DNA of 64,000 nucleotides from Candidatus Atribacteria bacterium UBA6251 (GTDB lineage: Bacteria; Atribacterota; Phoenicimicrobiia; Phoenicimicrobiales; Phoenicimicrobiaceae). The notes beneath the pieces were generated by a model. It did not search any database, was not told the origin of the DNA, and saw only the letters and a program-made list of their open reading frames with translations. Of this stretch, positions 11,688-20,783 are shown in pieces. The stretch is from positions 3,369 to 67,368 of the forward strand of contig DJVR01000034.1 of NCBI GenBank assembly GCA_002441285.1, read 5' to 3'. Positions within the stretch are counted from its first letter, which is position 1; each line of letters opens with the position of its first letter. The translations under genes and the position numbers were made by a program.

Positions 11688-12245
11688 TTATATTCTTTCT
11701 ACATATCTTTTTTCTCGGGTATCTACTCGAATAATATCTCCTTCTTCGATAAATAGAGGTACCTGAATAATAGCTCCTGTTTCTAAAGTAGCTGATTTTA
11801 AAGCACCGGATACCGTATTTCCTTTAACTCCAGGAACAGTAGAGATTACTTTTAAATCCATAAAATTGGGTAATTCTGCCCCAATTAAGCTCCCTTTACA
11901 AAAAACTATCTCTACATCTTCTCCTTCTTTGAGAAATTCCTTTACCTCTTCCACCTGTTCAGAGGATAAAGAAATTTGTTCATAGTTTTCCTTATTCATA
12001 AAATGATAATTTTCTCCATCATTATATAAATATTGCATTACCTTTCTTTCCACTATAGCTTGCTCCATTTTTTCTCCCGCTCGAAAAGTTCTATCCAGTA
12101 CATATCCAGTTTTTAAATTCTTTATTTTGGTTCTTACAAAGGCTCCGCCTTTTCCTGGTTTTACATGGAGAAAATCAATAATTACATATATTTCTCCATC
12201 TAATTCTATGGTCAAACCTTTTTTAAAATCACTAGTAGATATCAA
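11688..12245 (-). CDS. efp: Elongation factor P
   Basis: HVKPGKGGAFVR and ATLETGAIIQVPLFI motifs; TTG start. Confidence 0.97.
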   Translation of the reverse strand: MISTSDFKKGLTIELDGEIYVIIDFLHVKPGKGGAFVRTKIKNLKTGYVLDRTFRAGEKMEQAIVERKVMQYLYNDGENYHFMNKENYEQISLSSEQVEEVKEFLKEGEDVEIVFCKGSLIGAELPNFMDLKVISTVPGVKGNTVSGALKSATLETGAIIQVPLFIEEGDIIRVDTREKRYVERI

Positions 12246-12274
12246 ATTTTTACCGCCTTTCTATTTCAATTGTT

Positions 12275-13507
12275 CTAATTTTGTATAAATTTTTGACAAA
12301 GGTCATAAACCTTTTTTCTTACTTCTTTTATAATTTCTTGGTTATTAATATTGGATAAAACTTGATTAATCATTCTGGCTATTTCGATCATTTCTTGTTC
12401 TTTCATTCCTTTGGTAGTAACTGCTGGGGTACCTATCCTTATACCACTGGTTATCATAGGTTTTTGAGGATCAAAAGGTATAGCATTCTTGTTAACAGTA
12501 ATTCCTGCATCTTCAAGGGCCTTCTCTGCATCTTTCCCAGTTAATCCCTTATTTCTTAAATCTACCAGCATTAAGTGATTATCTGTTCCTCCGGAGACTA
12601 AATTATATCCTAATTCTATTAATTGCTGGGCTAATGTTTTCGCATTTTTGATAATTTGTTTTTGATATTTTTTAAAATCTTCTCCCATAGCTTCCTTGAA
12701 ACACACAGCTTTTGCAGCAATAACATGCATTAATGGACCACCTTGAATGCCTGGGAAAATAGTTTTATCAATAAATTTAGCATATTCTTCTTGACAGAGG
12801 ATCAGACCTCCTCGAGGGCCTCTTAAAGTTTTATGAGTAGTAGTGGTAACAAAATGACAAAAAGGAATAGGGCTTTGATGTAAACCAGCAACTACTAAAC
12901 CAGCAATATGAGCTATATCGGCCATAAGATAAGCCCCTACCTCATCAGCAATTTTACGAAAAGTAGAAAATTCTATTTCTCTCGAATAGGCGCTAGCACC
13001 ACAGACAATCATTTTTGGTTTACTTTGATGGGCTAATTCTCTTAAAGCATCATAGTCTATTCTTCCCGTCTTTTCATTTACTCCATATGGAACAATTTTA
13101 AAAAATCTTCCCGAAAAGTTTACTGGGCTACCATGGGTAAGATGACCACCATGGGATAAATTCATAGCTAATATAGTATCTCTTACTTCTAATACACTAA
13201 AATACACGGCCATATTTGCCTGTGAACCAGAATGAGGTTGAACATTAGCATGCTCTGCTTTAAATATTTGTTTGGCTCTTTCTATAGCAATATTTTCAAC
13301 TATATCGATATATTGACAGCCACCATAATATTTTTTCCCAGGATAACCTTCCGCATATTTATTAGTTAAAACTGAACCCTGGGCTTCTAAAACTGCGGGA
13401 GAGACAAAATTTTCTGAGGCAATTAATTCAATCGTATTTTTTTGACGATTCTCTTCTCCCCGGATAGCTTCAAAGATTTCTGAATCAACTTTTCTTAAAT
13501 TATTCAT
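12275..13507 (-). CDS. glyA: Serine hydroxymethyltransferase
   Basis: [15 protein letters not shown] and [13 protein letters not shown] motifs. Confidence 0.98.
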   Translation of the reverse strand: MNNLRKVDSEIFEAIRGEENRQKNTIELIASENFVSPAVLEAQGSVLTNKYAEGYPGKKYYGGCQYIDIVENIAIERAKQIFKAEHANVQPHSGSQANMAVYFSVLEVRDTILAMNLSHGGHLTHGSPVNFSGRFFKIVPYGVNEKTGRIDYDALRELAHQSKPKMIVCGASAYSREIEFSTFRKIADEVGAYLMADIAHIAGLVVAGLHQSPIPFCHFVTTTTHKTLRGPRGGLILCQEEYAKFIDKTIFPGIQGGPLMHVIAAKAVCFKEAMGEDFKKYQKQIIKNAKTLAQQLIELGYNLVSGGTDNHLMLVDLRNKGLTGKDAEKALEDAGITVNKNAIPFDPQKPMITSGIRIGTPAVTTKGMKEQEMIEIARMINQVLSNINNQEIIKEVRKKVYDLCQKFIQN

Positions 13508-13701
13508 ATCTTTACTCCTTATTTATTTTTAGAGGTAAATTTATTGCCAACTTCTTAAAGAATAAGATCCCAAGAATATTTTTTACTTTAAAAAATTGAT
13601 TTGAGCTCCTATTTTTATTTATGCCATTTATTTTTATTTATTCCAGCTTGACTGAATTTTTGTAGGATTTAGCTACAGTTAATCTATATTCCTTTTTATG
13701 G

Positions 13702-14784
13702 TTATAGATTAAGCACTTTTGGAAACCAAGTCAAAATTTCAGACCCATCTTCAGTAATTAAAACCGTGTCTTCTATTCTAACTCCTCCAATATCGGGTAG
13801 ATATATTCCCGGTTCAATAGTAATTACCATTCCTGGCAGAAGAATAGTTTCATTATTGAAGGAAATACCAGGTAATTCATGGATATCCAAACCTACTCCA
13901 TGACCTAAATTATGACCAAAATATTTACCATATCCTCTCTTTTCAATGAATTTACGGGCAAGGCTATCTATATCTTTAGCTTTTACTCCTGATTTCAAAG
14001 CCTTAAGCGCTTCTTCCTGTGCTTCTAAAACTAATGAAAATATCTCTTTCTGTTTTTCATTTTCCTTCCCCAAAAGAATAGTACGAGTTATATCAGAATT
14101 ATAATTTTGAAAATAAGCACCAATATCTATGGTAATCAATTCTCCTTCATTAATCTTTTTTTCAGATGGTTTTCCATGAGGTAAAGATCCTCGATGTCCA
14201 GAAACGACAATTAAATCAAAAGCTTCTTTCTGGGCGCCTTTTTTTCTCATAGTATAAGCTATCTCGGTAGCAATATCAAGTTCTCTTACCCCAGGAGTTA
14301 AATTTTCCAGAACTTCTTTCAAACTTTCAGTGGTTATTTGAGCTGCTTTCTTTAGGCTAATTATTTCATCTTTATCTTTAACCATCCTAATTTGTTCTAT
14401 AAAATCTTTGGTAGAAACATATTCTACTAGAGGAAAGTATTTCTGATAATTCTGGAAATCAGAATAATACAGGCTTTCACTTTCGATAGCTATCTTTTTG
14501 ATTTTTTCTTTTTCAATAATCTTTTTTAAAGCCAGCTCTCGAGAATCTTTTTTCCTTGCTTCATCAACGAGAATTTCACTTTCCGGACTTTCTTTTTCTG
14601 CCTGCTCTCCATATCTTGGATCAGTAAATAAATAGAATTTATTTTTGGTAATCAAGCCGTTTCCTTCTCCGTCAAAACCACTTAGATAAAAAAGATTCTT
14701 CCAGTTGCTTACCAAGAAGGCATCAATTTCTAATTTTTCTTGGATAATTTTCTTTCTAAGTTTTTCTACTCTATCCTTACGCAA
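13702..14784 (-). CDS. Xaa-Pro aminopeptidase/dipeptidase (M24)
   Basis: DITRT, HNLGHGVGLDIHE, TIEPGIY and GVRIED motifs. Confidence 0.92.
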   Translation of the reverse strand: MRKDRVEKLRKKIIQEKLEIDAFLVSNWKNLFYLSGFDGEGNGLITKNKFYLFTDPRYGEQAEKESPESEILVDEARKKDSRELALKKIIEKEKIKKIAIESESLYYSDFQNYQKYFPLVEYVSTKDFIEQIRMVKDKDEIISLKKAAQITTESLKEVLENLTPGVRELDIATEIAYTMRKKGAQKEAFDLIVVSGHRGSLPHGKPSEKKINEGELITIDIGAYFQNYNSDITRTILLGKENEKQKEIFSLVLEAQEEALKALKSGVKAKDIDSLARKFIEKRGYGKYFGHNLGHGVGLDIHELPGISFNNETILLPGMVITIEPGIYLPDIGGVRIEDTVLITEDGSEILTWFPKVLNL

Positions 14785-14829
14785 TTATTTAGCACCTCCT
14801 TTTAAAATTAACCATCATCTGAGTTAAAC

Positions 14830-16197
14830 TTAATAATTAATTACTTTATTATCTTCTTCTATTGGTTCTCCTATCAAATCATATTCCAGGGTAGAAGTGA
14901 TTTTTACTTTTATCATCTCTCCAATTTTTAATTTATCTGATTTAATAATTACTTTTCCATCTATTTCAGGAGCATCAAATGCACTTCTTCCCAAAATAAA
15001 ACCTGATTTCTCTTTAGTAGCTTCCTCCACTAAAACTTCAATTTCTTTACCCAGATAAGTTTGGTTTATCTCTCTGGATATTTCTTGTTGTACTAACATT
15101 AATTTTTCTAATCTTTCAAGCTTTTTCTTTTTGGGTATTCGAGGAGTAAATCTATAAGCAGGAGTCCCTTCTTCTGGAGAAAAAATGAATGCTCCTAACT
15201 TTTCCCATCTTACTTCTTTTATAAAATTAATTAGCTCGGTAAATTTTTGCTTATCTTCACCTGGAAATCCAACCATAAAAGTACTTCTTAAAACAAGTTG
15301 GGGTATTTCTTTTCTTAATCTTTTAATTAAAGTAAGAATCTCTTTTCTGCTTACCGTTCTATTCATCTTACCTAATATTTCATCATTTATATGCTGTAAA
15401 GGTAGATCTAAATAAGGAACAATCTTGGAAGATTCTCCTATTACCTCAATTAATTGAGGAGTATAATGCGCAGGATGAGTATAGAGCAATCTAATCCATT
15501 TTAAATCTTTTAAAGGAAGCGAAGAAATTCTTTTTAACAATTCTGCTAATTTTAAGTCTCCGTATATATCCCAACCATATTTAGTAGTATCTTGAGCAAT
15601 TAAGATAATTTCACGCAATTTCTGTTTTTGGGAAATTATTTCCACCTCTTTGATTATATCTTCAATCTTTCTACTGCGATATTTTCCTCTTATTTTAGGA
15701 ATTAAACAATAAGAACAATTATTATCACATCCTTCTGCTATTTTGATATAAGCATAAGGTAATGGTGTAATAGTAAAACGAGGAAAAGTGGAATTATATA
15801 AAAAGGTTGGTACTGAGCTAATATAATCTATTTTTTTATTTTTAATAAAAATATTATCGATAACCTGGTTTATCTTAATTAAATCTCCTACTCCTATAAA
15901 AGCATCAACTTCTGGAATTTCCTGTTTTAGATGATTTTTAAAATACCTTTGCGGTAAACAGCCAGCTACTACCAACCCTTTGATTCTTCCTTCTTCTTTT
16001 AATTTAATCGCTTCAAATATTTCTTCCAAAGATTCTTCTACTGCATCCTGGATAAAACTGCAAGTATTGATAATTAATACATCAACTTCATCAACATTGG
16101 AGCAAATTTGATGATTATTTTTTTGTAATATTCCACAGATAACTTCAGAGTCTACTAAATTTTTTGGACAACCCAAGGATTTAATCCCAATTTTCAT
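14830..16197 (-). CDS. rimO: Ribosomal protein S12 methylthiotransferase
   Basis: SLGCPKNLVDSE, radical SAM CDNNCSYC, and DAPEIDG in the TRAM domain. Confidence 0.94.
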   Translation of the reverse strand: MKIGIKSLGCPKNLVDSEVICGILQKNNHQICSNVDEVDVLIINTCSFIQDAVEESLEEIFEAIKLKEEGRIKGLVVAGCLPQRYFKNHLKQEIPEVDAFIGVGDLIKINQVIDNIFIKNKKIDYISSVPTFLYNSTFPRFTITPLPYAYIKIAEGCDNNCSYCLIPKIRGKYRSRKIEDIIKEVEIISQKQKLREIILIAQDTTKYGWDIYGDLKLAELLKRISSLPLKDLKWIRLLYTHPAHYTPQLIEVIGESSKIVPYLDLPLQHINDEILGKMNRTVSRKEILTLIKRLRKEIPQLVLRSTFMVGFPGEDKQKFTELINFIKEVRWEKLGAFIFSPEEGTPAYRFTPRIPKKKKLERLEKLMLVQQEISREINQTYLGKEIEVLVEEATKEKSGFILGRSAFDAPEIDGKVIIKSDKLKIGEMIKVKITSTLEYDLIGEPIEEDNKVINY

Positions 16198-16224
16198 ACT
16201 ACTAAGCCATTCTTTCCTTTTCTT

Positions 16225-16599
16225 TTATGCTCGATAAAAAAACTTAAATCTATTTTTATTTTCTATATCAATAGCCTGGACATGTTCTTTTACTACTTCG
16301 GGGGGGCTGAATTTTACCAAACCTATTAAACAAAAAATTAAGATTAATAAGTCTTCAAAAAAACCTAAAAAAGGTAATAAAAAATCAGGTAATAAATCAA
16401 AAGGAGAAATAACATATAAAATTGCAGCGTATACTAATAGCTTTAGATAAAAAGAGACTCTTTTATCTCTTATTAAGCGTAAGGATAATTTAATAAAATT
16501 AGGGATATGGAATAAAATTCGTGCAATATATAGTTTTCTTTTTAAACTATTATAATCATTTTGGCTTTCTTCCGTAGACATATTATTTTCTATCTCCAT
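16225..16599 (-). CDS. YkvA/DUF1232 family membrane protein
   Basis: YVISPFDLLPDF..LGFFED motif. Confidence 0.8.
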   Translation of the reverse strand: MEIENNMSTEESQNDYNSLKRKLYIARILFHIPNFIKLSLRLIRDKRVSFYLKLLVYAAILYVISPFDLLPDFLLPFLGFFEDLLILIFCLIGLVKFSPPEVVKEHVQAIDIENKNRFKFFYRA

Positions 16600-16703
16600 A
16601 AAAAATAAAAATTTTCAAATTATTTATATTTTAGAAGGCATAAAAAAGATTTCAATACCTATTAATTTTAACACAATTAAAAGAATATCGTCAATTAAAC
16701 TAA

Positions 16704-16760
16704 AAAAGGGGACAGTCTACTTTTTACAATTACCTTTAAAAAAGTAGCCTGTCCCCTTTT
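16704..16760. repeat. Palindromic element (AAAAGGGGACAG...CTGTCCCCTTTT), probable terminator of the 133-aa gene
   Basis: Long imperfect inverted repeat; a related copy lies at 20604-20676. Confidence 0.65.
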
Positions 16761-16788
16761 ATTGGGGGTATAATGAATAATTTTTATT

Positions 16789-17190
16789 TTACCAACACCC
16801 ACGATATCTGCAAAAATGAGTTGTTTCTATATAACCGTTACTAATGATATAAACTTCTGTTTCTCCTTTTTCAAAAGTTGTAACCTCTGCTCCATCTGGT
16901 GCATCTGCAAAATAGATCCTGAAGGTGCCATTTACTTTTATATCCGGGCCAAACTGATAAGTGCCATCACCGAAATCGATAATGATTATCTTAGTATCCT
17001 TGGTAAGGATTCCCGGATCAAATTCAATAGTTACGTTATTTAAACTTACAGATCCACCCTCTTCTGCGCTTACCCACTCTTGTACCATATCTTTCTTCTC
17101 GGCAAAAACAAACGCAGTTAGAGCAAAAAGGGCAAATACAACTATGATAGAGAGTATAATATAGTGTTTCAAAGATTTATTATTTTTCAT
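16789..17190 (-). CDS. Secreted stand-alone ZU5-like protein with C-terminal HFC motif
   Basis: Signal peptide ending VFA; SAEEGGSVSL..VTIEFDPGIL, YQFGPD and terminal ETTHFC resemble ZU5/Nup98/GAIN-type domains; strong RBS GGAGGTGA. Confidence 0.65.
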   Translation of the reverse strand: MKNNKSLKHYIILSIIVVFALFALTAFVFAEKKDMVQEWVSAEEGGSVSLNNVTIEFDPGILTKDTKIIIIDFGDGTYQFGPDIKVNGTFRIYFADAPDGAEVTTFEKGETEVYIISNGYIETTHFCRYRGCW

Positions 17191-17202
17191 TCTTCACCTC
17201 CT

Positions 17203-17290
17203 TCGGTAATCCAGCCATCATAGCTATTAAATAGCTTTAGACCTGAGACTTTGCGTCCTACCCTTTCGGATAGTTTGCTATTATCGAGAG
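17203..17290 (-). promoter_or_regulatory. Cyclic dinucleotide riboswitch (GEMM-I / c-di-GMP-I family), A20 variant
   Basis: ATAATAGCAAACTATCCGAAAGGGTAGGACGCAAAGTCTCAGGTCTAAAG...CTATGATGGCTGGATTACCG, ending immediately before the RBS. Confidence 0.9.
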
Positions 17291-17334
17291 TTATGCAAGT
17301 TTAGAACCTAAATCCATCATACCCCCACTAAAAA

Positions 17335-17363
17335 ATTATATCATAGATAATCTTTATTTACAA
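17335..17363 (-). promoter_or_regulatory. Sigma70-type promoter for the riboswitch-ZU5 transcript
   Basis: TTGTAA-17 nt-TATAAT with extended TGn. Confidence 0.65.
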
Positions 17364-17405
17364 AAAATACCTTAAATTTATAATTCCTATTTTTGCGTCA
17401 TTAGA

Positions 17406-20400
17406 TTATAATTTTATCTCAGCTAAACATTTATTTATCTCTTCAATAAATCTTTTTGTTCCTATCTCATACAATATCTTTCTTGCTTTCTTTAATTTTA
17501 AAGCAGCCTTTTTTAATTCATCCATTCCTTTCAGCATATCTCCCCATTCGTAATAGCTTTCAGCTTCATTAATTCTATCTCCAAATTTTGAATATAGTTT
17601 TATTGCTTGCTGAAAATATAGCTCAGCATCTACATAGTTTTTGCATTCCTTATATAGCCTTCCCTTTAATTTATAAATATCGGCAAAACCTAATTCGTCT
17701 TCTAATTCCTTAAATATTTTTTCTGCCTGGGAAATATAGTATTCCACTTCTTTTAATTCACTTTTTTTTAAATACTCTTCACCTAAATGAATATAATTAA
17801 TTCCTTTATTATAAATATCGCCAATTTTGTCTGCTATCTTTACACTTTCTTTTAAATAATGAATTGCTTTTTCTGAATCTCCTAAGGAAGAGTATGCAAA
17901 ACCAATATTATTCATAATATTAGAAACAACAATAATATTTTTATTCTTTTGAGCAATAGAAAGACTTTCTTGATAAGCTTCAATGGCTTTTTCCCATTTG
18001 CCTAACATATCATAATAAATACCAATGTTGTTTAAAGCCATCGCATAAACATCTAAAGCTTTTATCCTCTGAGAAAGATCAATACTTTCTTTAAGGTAAG
18101 AATATCCGGTAGAGGTATCTCCTTTAAAAATACTGGCTAATCCTATACTTTTCAAAATAATTGCCATTCTTTTTTGGTTATTCATTTCTATAGCAAGAGA
18201 AAGACTTTTTTTGAGATATTCGATTGATTTATCCCATTGTCCCATATCTCCATAAATATTTCCTAAATTAATCAAAATTAAAGATTCATTATCTTGATCT
18301 TTGATTTTCCTACTATATTTTAGAGCTTTATTAAAATTAGTTTTAGCCTCTTTTCTTTTGCCAATAACTGATTGGGAAAAAGCTAATTTATTATATATTT
18401 CTGAAAGTTTTTTTATTTGTTCATTATTCAGTCTATCTTGTGATTCTAGAATTTTAATACTATCTAAATAATAATAAATAGCATTTTTAAAAGCATATAA
18501 AAATTGAGCTTTATCTCCAGCCTTATTTAAGTAAAATAATGCTTTTTGCCAATTATCACTATTTTTAAAATGATAAGCTAATTCTTCTGATTTTGCGTCA
18601 ATCTTGGTAGAATAAATTTCTTCTATAGCTAAACCTATTTTGTTATGCAAATCTTTTCTAACCTCAAAAAGTAGGCTGTTATAAGCTATTTCTTGAATAA
18701 TTGAATGAATAAAAGCAAAATAATTTTTATGGCCAGTTGCAGGAGTAATTTCTTCAATAAACCTATAATTTTGTAATTTCTTTAGCGATTCTAATAAGAT
18801 TTTCTCTTCCTGGTTGATAACCTTTTTTAAAAGTTCTATTTCAATATTTTTTCCTAAAACTGAAGCTTGATATAATATTTCTTTTAAGGCTAAAGGAAGA
18901 AGATCAATTCTTGCGCGAGCAATACTTTGCACTGTATCCGGAATTTCAAAGTGATCAAAAACATCAGAGTATTTGCCTAATTTATCTTTTTCTACTAAAG
19001 ACCATCTTCTTTCCTCTATTCCACTAATAATTTCTTCGATAAACAAAGGGTTTCCATGGGCCATAGAAATTATCTTATCCTTCATTAAAGAAGAAATATA
19101 TTTTTCTTGGTCTAAAAAATTGATTAGCTTTTTAGATTCTTTATTTTTTAATGGTAATAATCTTATTTTTTTAACTTCAAATAAAGATATATTCTTTTTT
19201 AAAGAGTCTTGAAGACTATAAATAATTAAAACAGGATATTCTTTAATTTCTTTGGAAATTTGGGATAAAAATTCTGCAGAAGCAGTATCAATCCATTGCA
19301 TATCTTCAATAATTATAAGAAGAGGTTGTTGTATAGAGAGACTCCAGAATAATTTTTTCATAATCCCGATAAGTAAATCACTTTCTCTTTTAAATTGATT
19401 GGTTATTTTTTCTGTAAAATTAAGATTTGTCGATAAAAATCTTAAGAAATAAGAAGAAGCAAATAATAAGGAAGCATCAACCTCTTTTATCTTATTTTCT
19501 ATTTTCTTTTTAATCTCTTGAGGTTCATCTTCAAATTTTATTTGAAAAATTTTATTAAATATTTCTTTTATAATATAATATGGTTTTGATTCTTCCCAGG
19601 ATGTACAATTTGCTGATAGAAGGATGAATTTTTGGGTGTAAGAATCATTGGTAAGCTCTGAAATTAACCTTGTTTTACCTATTCCAGATTCCCCACTTAT
19701 TTCAACTATTTTTCCTCGCGATTGAAAGGAGTTTTTTAAGACTGCTTTTAAGGTTTTCAACTCTTTTTCTCTACCAATAAATTGAGTATAATATTTTCTT
19801 TTCTGCTCTGACAAAATATCTTTATTCTTTTCTCTCTTTAAAATATAAGCGGTTACTGGATTTTTCTTTCCTTTTATCTTTAATTCACGAGGTTTAGAAA
19901 ATATAAAAAAGTCTTTAATTCTTTGAAAAGTCTTTTCTCCAATTAATATACTACCAGGTGTGGATTTTTCCTGTAAACGAGAAGCCAAGTTTACCGTATC
20001 TCCTATCACCGTAAATTCTTTTCTGCAAGTAGAGCCAATTTCGCCAGAAATACATAATCCAGTATTAATCCCAATCCTTGCTTTCATACTTATTACTTTA
20101 TTTTTATTTTTTATTTTTCCGTTTTTAGCAATAGATTTCATAATCTCCAAACTTGCTCTCGCCGCTCTTTCTGGATCATTTTCATGACTAAAAGGTGTGC
20201 CAAATATAGCCATTAATCCATCACCCAAAAATTTATTAATACTCCCACCGTATTGCTCAATAATTGAAACTATAGGAGCAAAGACACTATTGATTACTTT
20301 GGTAGCCTTTTCGGGATCCATTCTTTCTGCTAAAGTGGTAAATCCATTTATATCAATAAATACTACCGTAGCTTCTCTTCTTTCGCTAGGTAGGCTTTCC

Positions 20401-20495
20401 TTTCCTTCTAATATCCTATAGGTCACCGCTTCTGGAACATAAGGTTTAAACAATTTTAATATTTTATTTTCTTGATTTTGTTTTTTCTTTTTCAT
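17406..20495 (-). CDS. Class III adenylate/guanylate cyclase fused to STAND-like AAA ATPase and TPR repeats
   Basis: VFIDINGFT, KFLGDG, RIGINTG and TVIGDTVNLASRL; Walker A GESGIGKT and Walker B IIIEDMQW; many C-terminal TPRs (NNIG..Y..LG). Confidence 0.9.
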   Translation of the reverse strand: MKKKKQNQENKILKLFKPYVPEAVTYRILEGKESLPSERREATVVFIDINGFTTLAERMDPEKATKVINSVFAPIVSIIEQYGGSINKFLGDGLMAIFGTPFSHENDPERAARASLEIMKSIAKNGKIKNKNKVISMKARIGINTGLCISGEIGSTCRKEFTVIGDTVNLASRLQEKSTPGSILIGEKTFQRIKDFFIFSKPRELKIKGKKNPVTAYILKREKNKDILSEQKRKYYTQFIGREKELKTLKAVLKNSFQSRGKIVEISGESGIGKTRLISELTNDSYTQKFILLSANCTSWEESKPYYIIKEIFNKIFQIKFEDEPQEIKKKIENKIKEVDASLLFASSYFLRFLSTNLNFTEKITNQFKRESDLLIGIMKKLFWSLSIQQPLLIIIEDMQWIDTASAEFLSQISKEIKEYPVLIIYSLQDSLKKNISLFEVKKIRLLPLKNKESKKLINFLDQEKYISSLMKDKIISMAHGNPLFIEEIISGIEERRWSLVEKDKLGKYSDVFDHFEIPDTVQSIARARIDLLPLALKEILYQASVLGKNIEIELLKKVINQEEKILLESLKKLQNYRFIEEITPATGHKNYFAFIHSIIQEIAYNSLLFEVRKDLHNKIGLAIEEIYSTKIDAKSEELAYHFKNSDNWQKALFYLNKAGDKAQFLYAFKNAIYYYLDSIKILESQDRLNNEQIKKLSEIYNKLAFSQSVIGKRKEAKTNFNKALKYSRKIKDQDNESLILINLGNIYGDMGQWDKSIEYLKKSLSLAIEMNNQKRMAIILKSIGLASIFKGDTSTGYSYLKESIDLSQRIKALDVYAMALNNIGIYYDMLGKWEKAIEAYQESLSIAQKNKNIIVVSNIMNNIGFAYSSLGDSEKAIHYLKESVKIADKIGDIYNKGINYIHLGEEYLKKSELKEVEYYISQAEKIFKELEDELGFADIYKLKGRLYKECKNYVDAELYFQQAIKLYSKFGDRINEAESYYEWGDMLKGMDELKKAALKLKKARKILYEIGTKRFIEEINKCLAEIKL

Positions 20496-20603
20496 TTTTT
20501 CCTTTTCCGAAGCAAATAAATCCGCCCACTACAACATAACTATTTTATAATAAATCAGGAATTGTTAATATTATAACAAAAGCAGGAAATTAAATAAAGT
20601 CCC

Positions 20604-20707
20604 AATAATAAAAGGGAACAGACTATTCTTTAGTATTTATTTTCTATAGAAATTAGTCTTTCCCCTTTTTATTATTAAATACCCGTAGGACAGGTGTCTC
20701 GCCTGCC
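20604..20707. repeat. Two REP-like palindromes
   Basis: AAAAGGGAACAGACTA..TAGTCTTTCCCCTTTT, related to 16704. GTAGGACAGGTGTCTCGCCTGCC, related to 29022 and a half copy at 32427. Confidence 0.55.
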
Positions 20708-20717
20708 AAATGACACA

Positions 20718-20757
20718 AAAAATAGGCGAGCTATTTTTTTATATAACTCGCCTATTT
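20718..20757 (-). terminator. Intrinsic terminator after the PKD lipoprotein gene
   Basis: AAATAGGCGAG...CTCGCCTATTT stem followed by a T-run on the minus strand. Confidence 0.7.
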
Positions 20758-20783
20758 CTAATTTATACTCATCAAATTAATAA

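Noticed and set aside
17291..17320. 9-codon uORF MMDLGSKLA upstream of the A20 riboswitch
   Set aside because: The G-rich SD-like run is only 1-4 nt from the ATGs and I have no conservation evidence.
17406..20495. Anti-phage system (Pycsar, CBASS or Avs) reading of the cyclase-STAND gene
   Set aside because: There is no adjacent cyclic-nucleotide effector or other defence gene, and the specificity residues are of the ordinary adenylate type. Not excluded, but unsupported.
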